64,000 nucleotides of DNA. It comes from Rhabdothermincola salaria (GTDB lineage: Bacteria > Actinomycetota > Acidimicrobiia > Acidimicrobiales > Acidimicrobilacustridaceae). Shown piece after piece: positions 58,189 through 64,000 of the stretch; the first letter of the stretch is position 1; every line of letters starts with the position of its first letter. A program made the position numbers and the translations under genes. The notes under the pieces were generated by a model. The model did not search any database. It was not told the origin of the DNA and saw only the letters and a program-made list of their open reading frames with translations. The stretch spans positions 372,001 to 436,000 of the forward strand of contig NZ_JAJQXW010000003.1 of NCBI RefSeq assembly GCF_021246445.1. The letters are read 5' to 3'.

Positions 58189-58820
58189 CGGGGGTTCCCT
58201 TCGGGCCGAGGGGGCAGCGTGAGCAGGACGCCTTCGACGAGGCGACGCATCACGGCCTCGGTGTCGCTCCGGGACTGGTCCAGGTCCCGCCGCAGCAACT
58301 TCCAGACCATGAGGTCGGTGGCCCCGTAGAGGGCGAGCAGCGCCTGGGTCCGGGCCTTGGACCCACGACGGGGCAGGTGGTCGGCGAAGCCGCGCTCGAG
58401 CCCGGCCATGTGGGCCTCGCGGCCCTGGGCGAGGAAGTAGTCGACGGCATCGATGCGCCCTTCCATGGCCGCCAGGCGCACGTTGGCGTCCCCCATGCGC
58501 TCGTAGCGGTCCACGGTGACGGACACGATGCCGGCCACGTCGCCGGGCTCGGGCACCGCCGCGGCGGCGTCCTCGAAGGGCCGACGCCAGTCGATCACCT
58601 CGACGAAGAGGTCGTCCTTGGACCCGAACTGGCGATGCACGGTCTGACGGGACACACCGGCGGCCTCGGCGATGTGCTCGAGGCCGACCTCGTCGTAGGG
58701 CTCGGCCAACCAGAGCCGGTAGGCGGCGTCCAGGATGGCCAGGCGGGTTCGATCCACCTTGTCGCGACGGGCTGTCATCCGATACGGACGGGTGACACCC
58801 CCGAGCCCCTCCTCTTTCAT
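58185..58820 (-). CDS. TetR family regulator co-transcribed with the glycosyltransferase
   Basis: LEHIAEAAGVSRQTVHRQFGSKDDL; start could be 58778. Confidence 0.9.
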   Translation of the reverse strand: MKEEGLGGVTRPYRMTARRDKVDRTRLAILDAAYRLWLAEPYDEVGLEHIAEAAGVSRQTVHRQFGSKDDLFVEVIDWRRPFEDAAAAVPEPGDVAGIVSVTVDRYERMGDANVRLAAMEGRIDAVDYFLAQGREAHMAGLERGFADHLPRRGSKARTQALLALYGATDLMVWKLLRRDLDQSRSDTEAVMRRLVEGVLLTLPPRPEGNPR

Positions 58821-58978
58821 GCAACGGAGTGTCGCACGAAGTTGGCGAGGCGACAAGGGGCCCGTCGACGCGCGACCGCGTGGCCCCGAGGGCGCGTCGG
58901 ACCCAGGGTCCGTCGTGAGGTGATCGTGGTCGTCGAGGTCCGCGGTCTGGCGGCTCGTCCGCCGGGGTCGGGGTCGGA

Positions 58979-60646
58979 TCAGACCTCGACGACCACCGGG
59001 ACGATCATGGGCTGGCGCTTGGTGCGGTTCTTGACGAACCGACCAGCGGTGCGGCGCACCACGGCCTGGAGGGCTTCGATGTCGATGGCCGACCCCTCGT
59101 TGGTGGCGTGGTCGAGGGCGTCGGCCACCGCGGCCGAGCACTCCTCCACCAGGGGACCGGTGTCGCTCTCGCTGATCCAGCCGCGCGACAGCACCTCGGG
59201 GCCGGTGACGATCTCACGCTCGTTCACGTCGACCGTCACGAAGATCATGACGATGCCCTCCTCGGCGAGGACCTGCCGGTCGCGCAGCACACCGTGGCCG
59301 ATGTCGCCCACGCCGGCCCCGTCGACGTAGAGGTAGCCCGACGGCACGCGATTGCCCTTGGTCACGCCGTCGTCGGTGACGATGAGCTGGTCGCCGTCCT
59401 CGCACACGTTGATGCGGTCCTCGGGGACGCCCATCTGAGCGGCGAGGCGGGCGTGGCTGACCAGGTGGTGGTATTCGCCGTGCACGGGCGTGAACCACGC
59501 CGGCTGGGTGATCGACAGGACGGTCTTGAGCTCTTCCTGCTTGGCATGGCCGGTGGCGTGCACGTCCTCGATGCCCGAGTGCACCACGTCGACGCCGATG
59601 CGGAACAACGCGTCGATCACCTTGGTGACGTTCATCTCGTTGCCGGGGATGGGGTGCGACGACAGCACGACGGTGTCGTCGGCGGTGAGGTCGAGCCACT
59701 TGCTCTCGTTGGCCGCCATGCGGGCCAGCGCCGACATGGGCTCGCCCTGCGAGCCGGTGGAGATCACGCACACCTCGCCCGGAGGGCGCTTGTCGATCTC
59801 CTTGATGTCGACCAGCTTGTTCTCGGGGATGCTCAGCACGCCGAGCTCGCGAGCCAGCTTCACGTTCTTCTTCATCGACAGCCCGAGCGTGGCCACCACC
59901 CGTCCCTGGGCGATGGCGGCGTCCGCGATCTGCTGCACGCGGTGGATGTGGCTGGCGAAGCAGGCGGTGATGATGCGGCGTCCGGCGTGGGCGGCGAACA
60001 CCTCGCGCAGGACCTTGCCGACCGACGTCTCCGACCGCGAGTGGCCGTGCTGGTCGGCGTTGGTGGAGTCGGCCAGCAGCAGACGGATGCCCTCGAACTT
60101 GGCGATGGCACCCATGGTGGCCAGGTCGGTGAGGCGACCGTCGACCGGGTTGAGGTCGATCTTGAAGTCACCGGTGTGCAGGATCGTGCCCTGCGGCGTG
60201 TGGAACGCGGTGGCGAAGCCGTTGGGCACCGAGTGGGTGACGGGGATGAACTCGCAGTCGAAGGGCCCGAACTTCTTGCGGTCGCCGTCCTCGACCGGGA
60301 TGAACGAGGTGCGGTCGAGCAGGCCGGCCTCCTCGATGCGGTTGCGGGCCAACCCGAGGGCGAGGGGCGAACCGATGATCGGGAACGAGCAGTCCCGCAA
60401 CAGGAACGACAGGCCACCGGTGTGGTCCTCGTGGCCGTGGGTGACGATGCAGCCCTCGATCCGATCCTTGTTCTGGCGCAGGTAGGTGAAGTCGGGGAGC
60501 ACCAGGTCGATGCCGAGCATGTCGGCGTCGGGGAACATGAGCCCGCAGTCGAGCAACATGATGCGGTCCTCGACCTCGAAGGCGGCGCAGTTGCGGCCGA
60601 TCTCGCCGAGCCCTCCGAGGAAGGTGATGGTCACGGGGGAAGCGAT
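58979..60646 (-). CDS. rnj: Ribonuclease J
   Basis: LGGLGEIGRN, THGHEDH, HTGDFK, FASHIHR, TGSQGEP, HATGHA, PVHGE; start at ATC 60646 or GTG 60634. Confidence 0.95.
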   Translation of the reverse strand: MASPVTITFLGGLGEIGRNCAAFEVEDRIMLLDCGLMFPDADMLGIDLVLPDFTYLRQNKDRIEGCIVTHGHEDHTGGLSFLLRDCSFPIIGSPLALGLARNRIEEAGLLDRTSFIPVEDGDRKKFGPFDCEFIPVTHSVPNGFATAFHTPQGTILHTGDFKIDLNPVDGRLTDLATMGAIAKFEGIRLLLADSTNADQHGHSRSETSVGKVLREVFAAHAGRRIITACFASHIHRVQQIADAAIAQGRVVATLGLSMKKNVKLARELGVLSIPENKLVDIKEIDKRPPGEVCVISTGSQGEPMSALARMAANESKWLDLTADDTVVLSSHPIPGNEMNVTKVIDALFRIGVDVVHSGIEDVHATGHAKQEELKTVLSITQPAWFTPVHGEYHHLVSHARLAAQMGVPEDRINVCEDGDQLIVTDDGVTKGNRVPSGYLYVDGAGVGDIGHGVLRDRQVLAEEGIVMIFVTVDVNEREIVTGPEVLSRGWISESDTGPLVEECSAAVADALDHATNEGSAIDIEALQAVVRRTAGRFVKNRTKRQPMIVPVVVEV

Positions 60647-60825
60647 GGGAGTTCTCCTGGAGAAGACGCCGGGGGACGTCGGACGGTGGCGGGGGGCGGG
60701 GTCAGCCCGTCAGCGCAGGCCGACGCATTGGCGAGCTGCCGGCGCGAAGCGGCGGCGTGCGGTCGGCTGGTTCGCCGCTCACTGATCCCACATGTGCCCG
60801 CGAGGGTACCGCCCGGGGCGCGCCG

Positions 60826-61995
60826 CTAGCGGGAGCGGGGGAATCCGAGCCCGAACATGGCGATGAGGTCGCGCTGCAGCTCGTTGGTGCCGCCCCCGAA
60901 GGTGAGGATGATGGCCCCGCGGACCATGGCCTCGAGCCGTCCGGCCAGCACCGACTCCGGGGAGCCCTCGGCCAGGTAGGAGGTGGGGCCGATGACCTCC
61001 ATCAAGAGGCGGTAGACCTCGAGGTAGAACTCGGTGCCGAAGACCTTCACCGTCGACGCGTCGGCCGGGTGCAGCGACTCGTGGGCCGCCGCCCACGCCA
61101 CCTTCCAGTTGGCCAGGCGCAGGAACTCGAGGCGGGCGTGCACCCGGGCCAGGTTGAGCTGCACCCACTCCTGGTCGATCACGCGACGGCCGTCGGCCAG
61201 CGTGGTCTCCTGGGCCCAGCGGCGCACGTCGGTGAGGCTGCGCTCGGGGCTGCCGCTGGCGCACAGCGTGACCCGTTCGTGGTTGAGCTGGTTGGTGATG
61301 AGCCCCCAGCCGCCGTTCTCCTCGCCCACCAGGTACTTGGCCGGCACCCGCACGTCGTCGAAGAACGTGGCGTTGATGTCGTGCGACGCCATCAGGGTGA
61401 GCGGTTGCAGGGTGATGCCCGGGGTGTCGAGCGGCACGATGATGACCGAGATGCCCTTGTGCTTCTTGGCCTCGGGGTCGGTGCGCACGGCCAGCCACAC
61501 GTAGTCGGAGCCACCGGCCAGCGAGGTCCACATCTTCTGGCCGTTGATGACGTACTCGTCGCCGTCGCGCACGGCCCGGGTCTGCAGCGACGCGAGGTCG
61601 GTGCCGGCCTCGGGCTCGGAGTAGCCGATCGCGAAGTGGATGTCGCCGGCCAGGATCCGGGGCAGGAAGAAGTCCTTCTGCCACTCGGTGCCGTAGTTCA
61701 TGATGGTCGGACCGACGGTGTTGAGCGTGAGCGTCGGCACCGGCGCGCCGGCGCGCATCGACTCGTCGAAGAAGATGAAGTGGTCGATCGGGTCGCGCTC
61801 CTGGCCGCCGTACTCCTTGGGCCAGCTCAGGCCGGCCCACCCGTCGGCGCACATCTGCTTCCAGACCCGCTTGGCCGTCTCACCGACGCTGTCGGACCGG
61901 ACCTGGCGCGCCGTCTCTTCGTCGAGGACGTCGTCGTAGTAGGCGCGCAGCTCGGAACGGAACGCCTCTTGCTCGGGTGTGTAGCCGATGTCCAT
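60826..61995 (-). CDS. Acyl-CoA dehydrogenase, FadE26/ChsE4-like
   Basis: IGYSEPEAGTDLA, NGQKMWTS, NQLNHERV, ILTFGGGTNE. Confidence 0.9.
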   Translation of the reverse strand: MDIGYTPEQEAFRSELRAYYDDVLDEETARQVRSDSVGETAKRVWKQMCADGWAGLSWPKEYGGQERDPIDHFIFFDESMRAGAPVPTLTLNTVGPTIMNYGTEWQKDFFLPRILAGDIHFAIGYSEPEAGTDLASLQTRAVRDGDEYVINGQKMWTSLAGGSDYVWLAVRTDPEAKKHKGISVIIVPLDTPGITLQPLTLMASHDINATFFDDVRVPAKYLVGEENGGWGLITNQLNHERVTLCASGSPERSLTDVRRWAQETTLADGRRVIDQEWVQLNLARVHARLEFLRLANWKVAWAAAHESLHPADASTVKVFGTEFYLEVYRLLMEVIGPTSYLAEGSPESVLAGRLEAMVRGAIILTFGGGTNELQRDLIAMFGLGFPRSR

Positions 61996-62110
61996 GTGCT
62001 CCCCCTCGAACTGGCTGCGGCCGGCCGGCTCGGGCGACCGCGGTGGTCGTCAGCATCGCACGCGGTCCGCGGCCGGCGCCTCACCGGCGGGGACCGTCAC
62101 CAGCGCCAGC

Positions 62111-62193
62111 GGCCACCAACGGCCACCAACGGCCACCAACGGCCTTCTTGCATGGAATCGTCGCTGCCGGCAGCGACGATTCCATGCAAGAAG
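62111..62193. repeat. (GGCCACCAAC)x3 followed by a perfect 50-bp palindrome (62144-62193)
   Basis: CTTCTTGCATGGAATCGTCGCTGCC|GGCAGCGACGATTCCATGCAAGAAG. Confidence 0.92.
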
Positions 62194-62218
62194 CACCTCC
62201 GCGCGGTCCCGCTGTCGG

Positions 62219-63775
62219 CTAGCCGGTGAAGGCCGGGGTGACGACTCCCACCGCGACGGGCGCGGGGACCGTGGCCTCACCGCCGCCGTCATCCGACGGC
62301 CAGGGGCCGATGTCGGGGTCGGTGGACGCGGCGAGCGTGGCCGTGTCGCACCGGGCGCCCTCGGCGCGGCTCGGGGTGGCGACGTCGTCGAGGTAGTCCG
62401 AGGCGATGCGCTCCAGACAAGCGTCGCCGGTGAACAGCGCCACGTGCGTGGCCCCGTTCCAGGTGACGAGGACGCCGGAGTCGAGGTTGGTGCTGAGCGA
62501 CCGGGCCCAGACGTAGGAGGTGGCCGGGTCCCAGCGGGAGGCGATGACCAGGATCGGCGGCGCACCCGGGGCGTCGACCGGGCGGTCGCGGGGCTCGACG
62601 GGCACGTTCATCATCGCCGAGAAGCGGTTCTCCCGGATCAGCCCGGGCCCCATGACCGGGGCGGGCCCGGAGACGGCGTCGATCTCGGCGGGGTCGCCCG
62701 GCATGATCCCGCTCGCTCGGGAGATCGGCCAGTAGGCGGGGATGGTCACGGAGTCGACCGAGACGAAGGCGGCCTCCTCCAGGTCGCCGGCCTCGAGGCC
62801 GGCGAGCAGCTGACCCAGCTGCGGCCAACCCTCGTTCTGGAACAACTTGCCGAAGATGAGGGTCGAGACCCGTGCGCCGTCCACGGGCGGCCCCACCGGC
62901 GGGCCGTCAGGGTCCGGACGGTAGGGGGTCGGGTCGTCGGCGAAGCGCTGGACCAACCGGGCCGTGCGCTCCCCCACATCGGTGCCGTCGTTGAAGGCGC
63001 AGTTGCGGTCCGCCTCGCAGAGCTCGGCCCAGTGCTCGAAGGCCTCCTCGGAGCCGAGCGCGTTGTTGAGGTTGAGCTCCTCGGGGGTGTCGGAGGGGTC
63101 GAGCGGACCGTCCAGGATGAACTTGTCCACGCGGTCCGGGAACAGGTCGGCGTAGACCGCACCCAGGAAGGTGCCGTAGGACGCGCCGTAGAAGGAGATG
63201 CGCTCCTCGCCCAGCGCCTGGCGGATGAGCTCCATGTCCTGGGCCACCGCCACCGTGCCGACGTGGTCGAACAGATCGGGATCGCCGGTGCGGCACGACG
63301 CCTCGAACGCGGCGGCGGCATCGGTCCATGCCTGGCGCTCCTCGGAGGTGCGCGGCGGCGACGCCAGGGTCTCGACCGCCATGGCGGCATCTTGCGAGCA
63401 GGGCAGCGGCGTGGAGTCGCCGGTGCCGCGTGGGTCGAAGCCGATCTGGTCGTAGCGCTCCTGGGCCAATGGGAGGCGCAGGCCCAGACCGCCGGCTCCC
63501 GGGCCCCCGGGGTTGAGCAGCAGCACGCCTCGCCGGTTGTCGGGGTCGGTGGCGGGGATCCGGCTCACCGCGATCTCGATGGTGGGGCCGGTCGGGTCGG
63601 CGTGGTCGAGGGGGACCTCGAGCAGACCGCACTCGACATCGAAGCCACACGGGCTCCAGTCGATCGGCGGAGCCGCTTGTGCGGCCGCCGTCTCGGTGTC
63701 CGGCGTCGGGGCGATCGTGACGCCGGCGACGAGCGTGGCGACGAGGAGTGGGAAGGCGACGACCCGGCGGAGCAT
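62219..63775 (-). CDS. Secreted alpha/beta hydrolase (TAP/tripeptidyl-peptidase-like)
   Basis: Signal peptide, ECGLLEVPLD, NPGGPG, FDPRG, GASYG, DPAT, TH. Confidence 0.9.
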   Translation of the reverse strand: MLRRVVAFPLLVATLVAGVTIAPTPDTETAAAQAAPPIDWSPCGFDVECGLLEVPLDHADPTGPTIEIAVSRIPATDPDNRRGVLLLNPGGPGAGGLGLRLPLAQERYDQIGFDPRGTGDSTPLPCSQDAAMAVETLASPPRTSEERQAWTDAAAAFEASCRTGDPDLFDHVGTVAVAQDMELIRQALGEERISFYGASYGTFLGAVYADLFPDRVDKFILDGPLDPSDTPEELNLNNALGSEEAFEHWAELCEADRNCAFNDGTDVGERTARLVQRFADDPTPYRPDPDGPPVGPPVDGARVSTLIFGKLFQNEGWPQLGQLLAGLEAGDLEEAAFVSVDSVTIPAYWPISRASGIMPGDPAEIDAVSGPAPVMGPGLIRENRFSAMMNVPVEPRDRPVDAPGAPPILVIASRWDPATSYVWARSLSTNLDSGVLVTWNGATHVALFTGDACLERIASDYLDDVATPSRAEGARCDTATLAASTDPDIGPWPSDDGGGEATVPAPVAVGVVTPAFTG

Positions 63776-63811
63776 CGCCCGACCCTAGTGACCGGGTGAG
63801 CTCCGACGCGC

Positions 63812-64000
63812 CTACGAGGGCCGTGCGGGCAGGCCGAGCACGTCGGCCTTGGCCGCGGTGTACTCGTCGTCGCTCAGGGCACCGCGGCCGTGGAGCTCGG
63901 CCAGACGCTCCAACGAGTCGACCGAGGCCGTACCGGTACCGGCCGCAGCGGCGTTCGTGCCCCGACGCGCCCACCAGTCCGACACCGACGACCATCCCGA
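63812..64000 (-). CDS. C-terminus of SHOCT-domain protein (partial)
   Basis: Manual translation VDSLERLAELHGRGALSDDEYTAAKADVLG...*. Confidence 0.75.
   Translation of the reverse strand, partial: SGWSSVSDWWARRGTNAAAAGTGTASVDSLERLAELHGRGALSDDEYTAAKADVLGLPARPS

Overview
High-GC actinobacterial chromosome window; gene content suggests Acidimicrobiia, which is an inference. It holds about 55 genes. Most are lipid/acyl-CoA catabolism (acyl-CoA synthetases, crotonases, CoA-transferase, methylcrotonyl-CoA-carboxylase-like pair, acetoacetate-CoA ligase, CYP142-like P450, FadE26-like dehydrogenase). The rest include a LpqY-SugABC-like sugar ABC transporter with DUF4032, RNase J, several TetR/LysR/PaaX regulators and a small islet (cupredoxin lipoprotein, TetR, gene remnant, VapBC). 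The most striking locus is 31.6-35.2 kb on the minus strand: three tandem LPYTG sortase-substrate genes with Thr-rich stalks. Each has the same cassette: a sigma28/WhiG-like promoter (GTATC-N15/16-GRCGAT), a 5' hairpin, a c-di-GMP-II-like riboswitch with compensatory base changes between copies, a hairpin, an SD, the ORF and a terminator hairpin. A fourth copy of the promoter drives an unannotated ~120-nt multi-hairpin candidate sRNA. Other notable signals are a TetR operator pair, a mosaic REP/BIME-like array, a perfect 50-bp palindrome, a possible ATC start for RNase J and several unusual domain architectures. No rRNA, tRNA, CRISPR array or transposase was seen. All calls come from reading the sequence; no searches were run.
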